A stretch of DNA of 55,641 bases, from the NCBI GenBank assembly GCA_964487895.1, contig CAZASM010000004.1, positions 1 through 55,641 of the forward strand, read 5' to 3'. Of this stretch, positions 19,426 to 28,264 are shown one piece after another. Position numbers and translations under genes: made by a program. The notes below the pieces were generated by a model. It did not search any database, was not told where the DNA came from, and saw nothing but the letters and a program-made list of their open reading frames with translations. Within the stretch, counting starts at the first letter, position 1, and each line of letters opens with the position of its first letter. Source of the stretch: an uncultured Gammaproteobacteria bacterium (GTDB lineage: Bacteria; Patescibacteriota; Patescibacteriia; UBA1558; 2-01-FULL-52-15).

Positions 19426-20412
19426 ATGTTAGTAAAAAATTATCTTAAACCAAAAAAGTTAAAAAGCGACAGCACCCGCGCGGGATTTGGCAAGGGGTTG
19501 GTTGAAGTTGCCAAAAATGACAAACGAGTCGTGGCGCTGACAGCAGATTTAACTGAGTCCACAAAGTTATTAGAGTTTCAACGACAATTTCCTGAAAGAT
19601 TTTTTGAAGTTGGAGTAGCTGAGCAGAACCTCGCAGGTGTAGCGGCAGGCCTTGCTCTCAGTGGTAAAATTCCTTTCATGACTTCGTACGCGGTATTTTC
19701 ACCAGGGAGGAATTGGGATCAGATCCGTGTCAGTATCGCTTACAATCAGGCAAATGTAAAAATTGTTGGCTCTCATGCAGGACTGAATGTCGGGCCAGAT
19801 GGCGCTACTCACCAAGCTTTGGAAGATATCGCTTTGATGCGCGTTTTACCACATATGACAGTAGTAGTCCCAGCTGATACAGAGCAAGCTCGACAAGCAA
19901 CTATAGCCATTGCTAACTATCGTGGGCCAGTCTATCTACGGTTAACACGCTCTAATACACCAATTTTTATTAGTGCTAAAAGTAATTTCAAAATTGGTCA
20001 GGCACAAGTTTTGCAATCTGGCAGTGATGTGACCTTGATAGCTTGTGGGCCACTAGTTTATCAAACCTTGTTGGCAGCTGAAGAGTTAAAAAAACAAGGC
20101 ATCTCAGCCACAGTTATTAACTGTCACACGATCAAGCCACTGGATGTGAAGACCATCATAGCAGAAGTGAAAAAAACTGGTGCTGTAGTGACAATTGAAG
20201 AGCACCAGCGAGTAGGAGGTTTGGGTTCTGTTATTGCTGAAACATTAGCAGCTCGTTACCCAGTACCTCAGGAGTTTGTAGCAGTAGAGGATACTTTCGG
20301 AGAGTCGGGGCAGGCGGAGGAGTTGTTGGAGAAGTATGGATTGACGATAGAGCATATTATAGAAGTGACGGTGAAAGTTATTAATCGAAAGAAAATAAGT
20401 TCTAAGCTCTAA
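19426..20412 (+). CDS. Transketolase, C-terminal subunit
   Basis: STRAGFGKGLVEVAK...ALTADL, typical of TktC. Confidence 0.8.
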   Translation: MLVKNYLKPKKLKSDSTRAGFGKGLVEVAKNDKRVVALTADLTESTKLLEFQRQFPERFFEVGVAEQNLAGVAAGLALSGKIPFMTSYAVFSPGRNWDQIRVSIAYNQANVKIVGSHAGLNVGPDGATHQALEDIALMRVLPHMTVVVPADTEQARQATIAIANYRGPVYLRLTRSNTPIFISAKSNFKIGQAQVLQSGSDVTLIACGPLVYQTLLAAEELKKQGISATVINCHTIKPLDVKTIIAEVKKTGAVVTIEEHQRVGGLGSVIAETLAARYPVPQEFVAVEDTFGESGQAEELLEKYGLTIEHIIEVTVKVINRKKISSKL

Positions 20413-20528
20413 GTTCTAAATCCTAAACAAATTCAAAATAGAGTTGATTAGTTGATTGGACTAGACTGCCGCGCCCTGCTGGGCTCGCAGAAGCCAAATG
20501 GTGAGTGAGGCTTTGAATTTACATACTC

Positions 20529-20557
20529 TTACACCTTTACCTCAAAAGTAGTATAAT
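20529..20557 (+). promoter_or_regulatory. Sigma70-like promoter ttacac-17-tataat
   Basis: Read directly; about 27 nt upstream of the 20584 start. Confidence 0.5.
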
Positions 20558-20583
20558 ATAGTCACTTAATATTTATCAACAAT

Positions 20584-21639
20584 ATGCCAACCAAAAGAAA
20601 AACAAAGTCCAAGGTTGCTGTCAGTCTGCCGGCAACCCCTCCGCACAAACAAATGCATTTAGATATTCGCGACCAAATCATCACTGTGGTCTTAATGATC
20701 TCAGTTTTTCTTTTGGGTTTAGTTTTCACTGATCAGATGTCTCGAGCGATGGCGTCGGTGATGCTGACAAGCTATGGACGACAGACTAGTATTGGCTCAG
20801 AGTTTAATAAAGATTTACCAAAATATACAGCAGTGGTCACGGGCGAATTTACTGGTAATAGTAATCACACAGATTTATCTTTATTTACTCCTGTTGCTAA
20901 TGTTTTTGAATATCAATTATTTGTTGTACCATCGAGCTCTCCTGAGTATTTAGTTGATATCAATAGCTATGGTTGTAGTCATAAGATTCGTCCGGAGTCT
21001 TTATACGGTAATGAGGTTGTAGCAACCTGTATTTCTACCGCTGCAGCGCCTTTAATCCCTAACCCTGGTGATAAGGCTGTGTTGAGATATTGGTATGTTT
21101 CAGGAGCTCCAGCATATAGTGGTTTAAGCCCCGCTAGCCTTTGTGGTAATAGAGTATATGATCCAGGCGAACAGTGTGACGATGGTGTTTGGAATGGCCA
21201 AGCAGGCCATTGTAATAGGGCTTGTGACGGTACAACACCGGGGAATGGTCAAGCGTTTTGTGGTGATGGTATAGTAAGTGGCCCAGAGGTTTGTGATGAG
21301 GGTGATCTTAACGGACAACCAGGACACTGTAATTATAGTTGTAGCAGTGCCTATACTCCTCCGGCTCCAACTACGAACTGTCCTACAAATTTTACACCTC
21401 AGGTCGGCAAATGTTTTAGTACTTGGTCTAGTACGGGAGAATTAGGTTGTCTTACCCAGTGCACATCCATTATTAGTCAGTATCCTAATTCTAATTATAC
21501 CTGTTCTCAGTTATCGGATAATCGTTACCACTGTATAGGTAATGATTCAAATGCAACTACTACCGTAGCTACTCCTCCTGCGACGACTTCCAAAGTCCAG
21601 CCGGTTAAAAGAGCACCAGTAGCTGCCCCTGCTCAGTAA
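20584..21639 (+). CDS. Membrane-anchored secreted protein with Myxococcus-type cysteine-rich repeats
   Basis: N-terminal TM. Repeats CGNRVYDPGEQCDDGVWNGQAGHCNRAC and CGDGIVSGPEVCDEGDLNGQPGHCNYSC. Confidence 0.55.
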   Translation: MPTKRKTKSKVAVSLPATPPHKQMHLDIRDQIITVVLMISVFLLGLVFTDQMSRAMASVMLTSYGRQTSIGSEFNKDLPKYTAVVTGEFTGNSNHTDLSLFTPVANVFEYQLFVVPSSSPEYLVDINSYGCSHKIRPESLYGNEVVATCISTAAAPLIPNPGDKAVLRYWYVSGAPAYSGLSPASLCGNRVYDPGEQCDDGVWNGQAGHCNRACDGTTPGNGQAFCGDGIVSGPEVCDEGDLNGQPGHCNYSCSSAYTPPAPTTNCPTNFTPQVGKCFSTWSSTGELGCLTQCTSIISQYPNSNYTCSQLSDNRYHCIGNDSNATTTVATPPATTSKVQPVKRAPVAAPAQ

Positions 21640-21653
21640 CTAGAAATTAAAAA

Positions 21654-21684
21654 ATGACTTCCAACCGGAGGTCATTTTTTTGTC
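21654..21684 (+). terminator. Rho-independent terminator
   Basis: Hairpin atgacttccaaccggaggtcat followed by a run of seven Ts. Confidence 0.6.
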
Positions 21685-21752
21685 TCAGGGATATGGTATA
21701 ATTATAGCCAGAAATACTATATGAAAATTATAGATCGAAAGGGGGTGGATTT

Positions 21753-21965
21753 ATGAAAATATTACACATAATTGCCTTTATCTTATTGGTTGTAGGAGGT
21801 TTGAATTGGTTGTTAGTAGCTTTTGATTTCAACCTAGTTGAAACTATTTTAGGAATTGCTTCTATGCCAACGAAGGTGGTTTACGTTCTAGTTGGTTTAT
21901 CAGCTATCTATTTGCTCTTGACCCACAAGTCAACCTGCAAAGCTTGCGGAGCTAAAACAATGTAA
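21753..21965 (+). CDS. DUF378-family small membrane protein
   Basis: MKILHIIAFILLVVGGLNWLLVAFDFNLVETILG matches the DUF378 signature; RBS aaagggggtgg. Confidence 0.65.
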   Translation: MKILHIIAFILLVVGGLNWLLVAFDFNLVETILGIASMPTKVVYVLVGLSAIYLLLTHKSTCKACGAKTM

Positions 21966-21973
21966 GACAATAT

Positions 21974-22006
21974 AAAAATCTGCCAGTAAAGAGGCAGATT
22001 TTTATA
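21974..22006. terminator. Bidirectional terminator (atctgcc-agtaaagag-ggcagat) with flanking A/T runs
   Basis: Read directly. Confidence 0.6.
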
Positions 22007-22140
22007 TTGTTTAAAACACTAACCTTTTGCGAGGTCGGCATCAAGCGGACGAAGCAATCTAGTTTATTGCCCAGTACAGACTAGATCGCTTCGCCGAATG
22101 AGTACACTCAGACTCGCGAAAGGAAGAATAAACTTAGTGT

Positions 22141-22884
22141 TTATTTAATAACAACAGTAGTATTCAAATCCGCCCAGTTATACAGTCGTTCCATATTAGC
22201 ATAGCTGACGTTGACACAGCCATGACTCATGGGCTGTCCAAACTTATTGTGCCAGAAAGCTCCGTGGATATAGTAGCCGTATTTCTTCTGGACAAATAGT
22301 AAGTTCCATTTGGTGTTGGGGTAGTTATAGTTTGCGCCACGATAGTTGACAGTTGGACGTTTTTTTAAAATTGTGAAGGTGCCTGTGGGGGTAGGAGTGT
22401 ATTTTAAGCCGGAAGAAATTTTGAAAGAATCCAGAGTCGTACTAGCGAAGGAGTATTCTAAGGTTTGAGTTTTCAGATCAACGCGAATAGTTTTAGCTAC
22501 CGTCTCCAGACTTGCTGAGAGAGGACTGTGGCTACTGGTAACCTCTTCTCCATCTTTGAACCCATCACCATCAGTGTCAGGATTTTTGACATTAGTACCA
22601 AGCTTCATTTCCCAGTCATCAGGCAATCCGTCTTTGTCAGTATCCAAATCTTTAGCTAGTTTACGCTCACCGACAAGGGGAGAGTAATTATTTTTCACTT
22701 CTTCCCCATCTAGATAGCTATCGCCATCGGTATCTGCTAGCACAGGATCAGTCCCGTAGATGGAGAGTTCTTGTTCGTCGGTCAATCCGTCATTGTCTTG
22801 GTCTACTGATTCGGCATGAGATATCTGGACAGACAAGATGACAGAGAAAAGTACTAAAAAAATAAGCACTCGATAATATTTCAT
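22141..22884 (-). CDS. L,D-transpeptidase (YkuD) with N-terminal thrombospondin-type-3-like Ca-binding repeats
   Basis: Signal peptide. Repeats DQDNDGLTDEQE, DTDGDSYLDGEE, DTDKDGLPDDWE, DTDGDGFKDGEE. Catalytic HGCVNVSYANMERLYNW. Confidence 0.7.
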   Translation of the reverse strand: MKYYRVLIFLVLFSVILSVQISHAESVDQDNDGLTDEQELSIYGTDPVLADTDGDSYLDGEEVKNNYSPLVGERKLAKDLDTDKDGLPDDWEMKLGTNVKNPDTDGDGFKDGEEVTSSHSPLSASLETVAKTIRVDLKTQTLEYSFASTTLDSFKISSGLKYTPTPTGTFTILKKRPTVNYRGANYNYPNTKWNLLFVQKKYGYYIHGAFWHNKFGQPMSHGCVNVSYANMERLYNWADLNTTVVIK

Positions 22885-22924
22885 GCTCTAAGTATAACAT
22901 AAAGTTGTAACTGCGGTTGATCTT

Positions 22925-24076
22925 CTATTTTTTTGAAGTTTTGCCAAATACGTAGGCCGCCAGTGCGCTAGCAATTGGAACAGCTAAGACTAGAGCCATA
23001 CTTCCGACAAGCGCGCGAATAATTTCTTCTGCTATTATTTCGCTGTTAATAATTGCCCAAACCGGTTGGCTAGAATTGAGTGTGAACAGTAAAAATAATG
23101 GAAATGAAGCTCCGACATAAGCTAAGGCCAAAGTATTAACCAATGAAGCAATGTGCTCACGTCCGAGCTTCAAACCTCTACGATATAAATCCCAACCTGT
23201 GAGCGTCTGGTTTACCTCTTTTAACTCGGCAATGGCGGTCGTCTGCGCTATTGTTATATCATCAAGAACACCAAGAGCTCCGATGATCATACCGCCTAAT
23301 AATAAACCACTAAGATTAATTGTTTGTTCTGAGTTCAGTTGGAGCATAGCTGCTTCTTCTGACCCGAGACCAGCTAATCTTGTTAGGCTGACAAATATGG
23401 TAGCAATAACGGCTGCCAAGATGACAGAGATAAAAGTAGCCAGCGCAGCTATGGTAGTTTTTTTATTCCAGCCATGCCCAAGATAGAACATCGGTATGAT
23501 GAGCGCGCAGACTCCTACCAAACTGATCAGCAAAGGATTGCCGCCGTTGAGTATAGCTGGAGCGATGAATCTTATTAAAGTGAACAGACTGATAGCCAGA
23601 GCTAAGAGTGATAAAAATCCTTTCCAGCGACTAAGTAGTATTACAGCTAGTAAAAAAATCACAGTCACAAGCCCCAACATAGGGAGTCTATTATAGTCGG
23701 TGATAAAGTAGTCAACAGACTCGTTATCAACGGTTTTCAAAATAACCACCTTATCCCCGATTTTTGTTTTTGGTTGATTGACAATTTGAATATCAACTCT
23801 TTCAGTAACTACTACAGTATCTTCACTGGCTTGTGGAGGTGTTAAACGGATAGTAATATTTCTAATTTCAACATCATTACCGCAAGCGTTTATTTCTTTT
23901 TGATATTGGATATTTTCTACTGTACCACGGAGGTATGTTTGTATACCAGTATAGATAGGTGGATTCTCCTGAGCTTGTAGAGGCAAAGCAAGAGTTAGGC
24001 AAAGTATTAAAATAGAGACAATTCTTTTCATAATAAACTTATAGTTATTTGCTTTCCAAATAGATTTAAAAAGCAT
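22925..24076 (-). CDS. YibE/F-like polytopic membrane protein with an N-terminal extracytoplasmic domain
   Basis: Signal peptide, a soluble domain of about 100 aa, then six or more TM helices. Confidence 0.4.
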   Translation of the reverse strand: MLFKSIWKANNYKFIMKRIVSILILCLTLALPLQAQENPPIYTGIQTYLRGTVENIQYQKEINACGNDVEIRNITIRLTPPQASEDTVVVTERVDIQIVNQPKTKIGDKVVILKTVDNESVDYFITDYNRLPMLGLVTVIFLLAVILLSRWKGFLSLLALAISLFTLIRFIAPAILNGGNPLLISLVGVCALIIPMFYLGHGWNKKTTIAALATFISVILAAVIATIFVSLTRLAGLGSEEAAMLQLNSEQTINLSGLLLGGMIIGALGVLDDITIAQTTAIAELKEVNQTLTGWDLYRRGLKLGREHIASLVNTLALAYVGASFPLFLLFTLNSSQPVWAIINSEIIAEEIIRALVGSMALVLAVPIASALAAYVFGKTSKK

Positions 24077-24117
24077 AGTAGAATTACAATACTAGTATAG
24101 AATCCAATGGCGTTAAA

Positions 24118-24888
24118 CTACTCTAAAAATAATAGGGACGCCATGATTAGTACGCCAAAGACGATAGCTAGGACTTGAGCTAGTGTATCTCTGAGACGAG
24201 TGTGCTCTTTCAACTCTGGTAAGAGATCGCTACCAGCGATGTAGATGAAGCCACCGGCGGTGATGGGGAGAAGATAGGCGACTAATGATTCATGATTACC
24301 GATAAAAATAAAAGGAATGAGTGCGCCTACTATAGCCGTTAGAGCAGAGAGGAAATTCCACAGTAGAGCTTGTCCTCGTCGCATGCCAGTGTGCAGGAGG
24401 ATGGCGTAATTACCAAACTCCTGCGGTATTTCATGAGCAATGACAGCTATGGTGGTGGCAATTCCAGTGGTTGGATTAATCAAGAAAGAAGCGGCGATTA
24501 GTAGTCCGTCGATAAAATTATGTAAGGCATCCCCAAAAATAATAGTATAGGCGTAGGGTTCGATACCTTTAGCTTCTTGGTGATGAGGATGCTGCGGCTC
24601 ATCGACTTCATGACTGTGACGCCATTGCAGAATCTTTTCTAAACTAAAAAACAATAATATTCCGCCGACAATCCCGTAGGCTACTTGTAGTTTAGGGCTA
24701 TCGTTGTAAGCCTCTGGCAATAAATGGATAAAGGTGTCACCAAAGAGTGCACCAACAGACATATAGACCAAAAATAAAACTACTCGTTTCATAGCTTTAC
24801 CTTTGAAACGGATTGTCAGCACTCCGACCAGTGAAATTAAACTCACTACGAGAGTAGCTAAGATACTAGAACTAAAAGCATTCAGCAT
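24118..24888 (-). CDS. ZIP-family divalent metal (zinc) transporter
   Basis: HNFIDG and HEIPQEFGNYAILLH motifs. Confidence 0.75.
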   Translation of the reverse strand: MLNAFSSSILATLVVSLISLVGVLTIRFKGKAMKRVVLFLVYMSVGALFGDTFIHLLPEAYNDSPKLQVAYGIVGGILLFFSLEKILQWRHSHEVDEPQHPHHQEAKGIEPYAYTIIFGDALHNFIDGLLIAASFLINPTTGIATTIAVIAHEIPQEFGNYAILLHTGMRRGQALLWNFLSALTAIVGALIPFIFIGNHESLVAYLLPITAGGFIYIAGSDLLPELKEHTRLRDTLAQVLAIVFGVLIMASLLFLE

Positions 24889-24989
24889 AGCTTATATCGT
24901 ACTGGAGGTTTTTGGTCGTGTCAATTCGTGACTCTATTTGCTGCGGATTATTTTTTTAGTATTTTGCTACCTACTAGTGATAATTATCA

Positions 24990-25040
24990 ACTATCAAAAA
25001 AAGGCGCTCCACCCTAGCCCAGAGATTGGGTTGATGGAGC
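24990..25040 (-). terminator. Terminator hairpin ggcgctcca...tggagcgcc followed by T-run on minus strand
   Basis: Read directly; downstream of the minus-strand gene cluster ending at 25059. Confidence 0.55.
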
Positions 25041-25058
25041 GCCAGACAGAGTTGAGTC

Positions 25059-25295
25059 TCAGACGTGGTCGTTTCTGATTCGTCGACTGATGTCAGTTGG
25101 CCGTGTAGGTAGCCGCTTGACCCAGAAGTACATGAGCAGGAGAAAGCCAACAACGAGCAGATAGCCGATAGCGCCGAAGAGCTGGTTGCCAGAGACGAAG
25201 CAGACACCAGCTACCAGTACCACTAGCGAAGCTGTAACCAGCCAGGCACCAAAAGCATCGCTCATCGTTGCTTTTGGCTTTTCTTTTGTAGTCAC
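25059..25295 (-). CDS. Small two-TM membrane protein (about 79 aa from a GTG start)
   Basis: RBS gaggagg 5 nt upstream of the GTG at 25295. Hydrophobic helices. GC is locally elevated. Confidence 0.4.
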   Translation of the reverse strand: MTTKEKPKATMSDAFGAWLVTASLVVLVAGVCFVSGNQLFGAIGYLLVVGFLLLMYFWVKRLPTRPTDISRRIRNDHV

Positions 25296-25375
25296 AGAAA
25301 CCTCCTCGAGTGAGATAATGTTGTACGAATTATACTTTGCTAGCCTAGACCTTTGCTTGTGTCGCGTCAAGTAGG

Positions 25376-25744
25376 TTACTCAGCTCGTATTAGATTACCT
25401 TCAGAGTCTAACTCAACGAAATGGTGAGCAGTACCGTTGCGATAGTTTTGGCATTGATTTTCAGGTTGATCGTCTGCATCGGTACGTGGATTATGAGCAA
25501 CGTCTACTACCCAATCATCAATCACGCGTTCACTGAGACAAGGGCCAGAAGAAAAATCTTCACCGAGTGCCAACTTTTGTTGGAAAATATTTTTTGCTTG
25601 AGCGATTGCTAAATCACGTTCCGCTGTCTGACCTTTGGGGATAGCGCCAAGTCCTGTCGTTGCGTCCACGGTGCTGTTAATATTTTTTTGCACCTGACAG
25701 CCTGTGAGTAGCAGTATTAGAATGATGAGAGATAGTTTATTCAT
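25376..25744 (-). CDS. Lipoprotein (lipobox LTGC), function unknown
   Basis: MNKLSLIILILLLTGCQ signal/lipobox. Confidence 0.55.
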   Translation of the reverse strand: MNKLSLIILILLLTGCQVQKNINSTVDATTGLGAIPKGQTAERDLAIAQAKNIFQQKLALGEDFSSGPCLSERVIDDWVVDVAHNPRTDADDQPENQCQNYRNGTAHHFVELDSEGNLIRAE

Positions 25745-25753
25745 CTGACACTA

Positions 25754-26068
25754 TTATCCCAGCACTTGGATAAAGATTATCACAGCAGTGATGATGAAGA
25801 GCCAACCAAGAGTCAAAGCTAATAATTTGAGCGCTTCAGATTTTTTGCCATCGAGATATAGCATGATTGGTTGACCGATTATCAACGTACCTTCAATAGC
25901 TGCTGACAAAACAAAAAGTAAGAGGAAGGTAGTTGGTGCTAGGAAGGTATCTTCTTTTGGTATTAATGGCATGACATTAAACATCGACCAAGCTATCACG
26001 AGGATATAGAGCGAGCCAGCGACGGCATTCACCAAGGCCTGAAGTGGTAACGATTTTAGTTGTTTCAT
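25754..26068 (-). CDS. Small three-TM membrane protein
   Basis: Hydrophobicity pattern only. Confidence 0.45.
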   Translation of the reverse strand: MKQLKSLPLQALVNAVAGSLYILVIAWSMFNVMPLIPKEDTFLAPTTFLLLFVLSAAIEGTLIIGQPIMLYLDGKKSEALKLLALTLGWLFIITAVIIFIQVLG

Positions 26069-26153
26069 ACGAGTTTTGGTTAAATGTTACAGTTTTAGTA
26101 TAACATAAAACTTCAGTGTTCAACTGAAGTTTGCTGGCGTAGAGATTAAACGC

Positions 26154-26489
26154 TTATTTCTCTATTGTCGACGGTGAATTACGGTCAATCGTTGAGTCTG
26201 GTGTCGGGGTTGAAAGTCGTATGCGACGTTTTTGATATAACGGATAGAAGTACAGGTAGAGTCCAGTTAGCATCATGGAACCAAGTACTATAACAAAGAT
26301 TAAACTTAACTGATTGTGGACATAGCGGAGCATACCAAGATCAAGATTTAAAACCTGACTAAATTTAGGATATTTCATTGCTAATCCAGTTACGCCCATT
26401 ATCAATATCAAGGTAGATACCGCAAGTAAAATAATTCGGTGTATTTTTCTAGAATAGATATATAATGTTTTACTAATCATAGGTTTCAA
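26154..26489 (-). CDS. Two-TM membrane protein, possibly PepSY-associated TM-helix-like
   Basis: SRKIHRIILLAVSTLILIMGVTGLAM resembles the PepSY_TM helix signature (HRWLGL...G...LTG). Overlaps the upstream cytochrome-b5 gene by 4 nt. Confidence 0.35.
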   Translation of the reverse strand: MKPMISKTLYIYSRKIHRIILLAVSTLILIMGVTGLAMKYPKFSQVLNLDLGMLRYVHNQLSLIFVIVLGSMMLTGLYLYFYPLYQKRRIRLSTPTPDSTIDRNSPSTIEK

Positions 26490-27418
26490 TCGTCATCGTC
26501 ATCATCGCCCCGTTGGGTTGTCACAGGAGCAGGGGCTTGCTCAACGTTTTGTATTTGTTGTGTCGTTACGTTGCTATTTAATACTCCTATGCGGTAATTG
26601 TCTAATATTGAATAGGCGTTGGTCGAATGTGACCCACTACCACCACGCGTCTGAAAGGCCTGTGTCGCCTCTTGGCCACAGTACGGAATAATCCGATTGG
26701 CTCCACCGGGGTGTAGGTTCAAATAACCAGTGACAGCATATACTGTATTGGAGATAATCAACCAACAATTCCCTGCTGTCGAATGCGAGGAGACAGTAGC
26801 TACAGTTAGTGTGGTGCCAGCTGTTGGATTAGTTGTTGCTGGGAGTTGCTGAGAAGGAGTTGTGGGTGTGGGAGTTGTGACAGTAGTTTTATTGATAATC
26901 GCTGATTGTGAAATTGGTTGGCCAATAGGACCAACGAGAAGTTTCGCTAGATCCTCCTGTGCAAAGACTGAATGTGACCCACTACCACCACGCGTCTGAA
27001 AGGCCTGTGTCGCATCTTGACCACAGTACGGAATAATCCTACTGGCTCCACCTGGATGCAGGTTTAAATAACCTGACACATCGTAGACAAAACCGCCAAT
27101 AGTAATCCAGCAGTCCTTCGAAACATTATGGGTTGCAACTAGGACGCTATTTAAAGTCTCGGTTGGCTGTGTCTGGTCGGCTGGAAGTTTTTGTGATGGG
27201 TCTATTTGGGCGACGATTCCTTGGTTAGCAATCGCAGTGGACTGCAACTGATACTGCTGACCGTACCACCACGTAAGATTGAGTATGATCAGAATACTCA
27301 AAAAGCCAATAATAAATTCATTTTTCATAGAAGTAGATAATATAGTATCAAATATAGGACGCAGAGAAAGGTAAATAATTACTAGCCATTGTTTAAGTTG
27401 AAATCGGGAATCAAACAA
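26486..27418 (-). CDS. Membrane-anchored protein with two tandem cytochrome b5-like heme-binding domains and poly-Asp C-terminus
   Basis: Two copies of VYDVSGYLNLHPGGASRIIPYCGQDATQAFQTRGGSGSHS (the HPGG...DAT..F...HS cyt-b5 signature). N-terminal TM. Tail RGDDDDDD. Confidence 0.65.
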   Translation of the reverse strand: MFDSRFQLKQWLVIIYLSLRPIFDTILSTSMKNEFIIGFLSILIILNLTWWYGQQYQLQSTAIANQGIVAQIDPSQKLPADQTQPTETLNSVLVATHNVSKDCWITIGGFVYDVSGYLNLHPGGASRIIPYCGQDATQAFQTRGGSGSHSVFAQEDLAKLLVGPIGQPISQSAIINKTTVTTPTPTTPSQQLPATTNPTAGTTLTVATVSSHSTAGNCWLIISNTVYAVTGYLNLHPGGANRIIPYCGQEATQAFQTRGGSGSHSTNAYSILDNYRIGVLNSNVTTQQIQNVEQAPAPVTTQRGDDDDDD

Positions 27419-27530
27419 TTTTAGTATAACACAACCACAGAGGGGTGAAGCAAAAAAGATTGACAGGGTCTGTATTTAATGGTATTTTCATTGAAGTTTT
27501 TCCTATAAAACTGCCAGGAATCAGAATCGA

Positions 27531-27605
27531 GTCCCCGTAGTTCAATGGATAGAATAGAAGCCTTCTAAGCTTTAGATCCAAGTTCGATTCTTGGCGGGGA
27601 CACCA
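27531..27605 (+). tRNA. tRNA-Arg (anticodon TCT), CCA encoded
   Basis: Acceptor gtccccg/cggggac, anticodon loop cttctaa, T arm ccaag-ttcgatt-cttgg. Confidence 0.85.
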
Positions 27606-27692
27606 GTCTTAATTAATTGATTAATAGAATAATAGAGTAATTGACATAGTGATAGCTGATATTAAAAATGGGGTGATTATTAAATATTCTTT

Positions 27693-28055
27693 ATGCATCA
27701 CTCTCAACACAATGCTTATAAGCTAAGCTATCAACTATCAAATGTTATTTGGTCTGTCATAGGCAACTGGAAGTCATTTGAGAAGCAAACAATTGGCAAC
27801 CAGTTAATGAGATCAACTGATTCTATATCAAGCAATATAGCTGAAGGCTGGGCTCGCTATTATAAAAAGGATAAGATACTATTTTATAACTACGCGCGTT
27901 CTTCGTTGGCAGAGACTCAAGATTGGATTAGTAAGGCTATCAATAGAAGATTAATCACTATTGATAAACAAAGAGAAATTGAGAATATCTTAGAAAGTTT
28001 ACCTAAGGAGCTCAATGGTTTGATCAAAGGAACAAAAGAAAATTTAAAATTTTAA
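27693..28055 (+). CDS. Four-helix-bundle protein of the 23S rRNA intervening-sequence protein family
   Basis: QLMRSTDSISSNIAEGWARY...YARSSLAETQDW matches the family signature (QLxRSxxSIxxNIAEG, ARGSxxE). Confidence 0.7.
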   Translation: MHHSQHNAYKLSYQLSNVIWSVIGNWKSFEKQTIGNQLMRSTDSISSNIAEGWARYYKKDKILFYNYARSSLAETQDWISKAINRRLITIDKQREIENILESLPKELNGLIKGTKENLKF

Positions 28056-28122
28056 ATAAATAAAAAAGACCCCTTCCATCAATTAATCAATTATTCAATT
28101 AGTCAGTTAATAATCTACCTAT

Positions 28123-28197
28123 GGCGGCTATAGTTCAATGGTAGAACACTGGTTTGTGGTACCAGTTACGAGGGTTCAATTCCCTCTAGCCGCCCCA
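28123..28197 (+). tRNA. tRNA-His (anticodon GTG) with encoded G-1 and CCA
   Basis: Extra 5' G pairing with discriminator C. Anticodon loop ttgtggt. T arm gaggg-ttcaatt-ccctc. Confidence 0.85.
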
Positions 28198-28264
28198 CGG
28201 AAACATTTCTCTCACGAGAAGTGTTTTTGTTTTTCTCTGAATCACGATATACTATAGTCACTTT

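Noticed and set aside
22046-22096. 18-nt inverted repeat cggacgaagcaatctagt ... actagatcgcttcgccg as a mobile-element terminus
   Set aside because: A single copy between convergent genes with no flanking transposase. More simply explained as a long bidirectional terminator stem.
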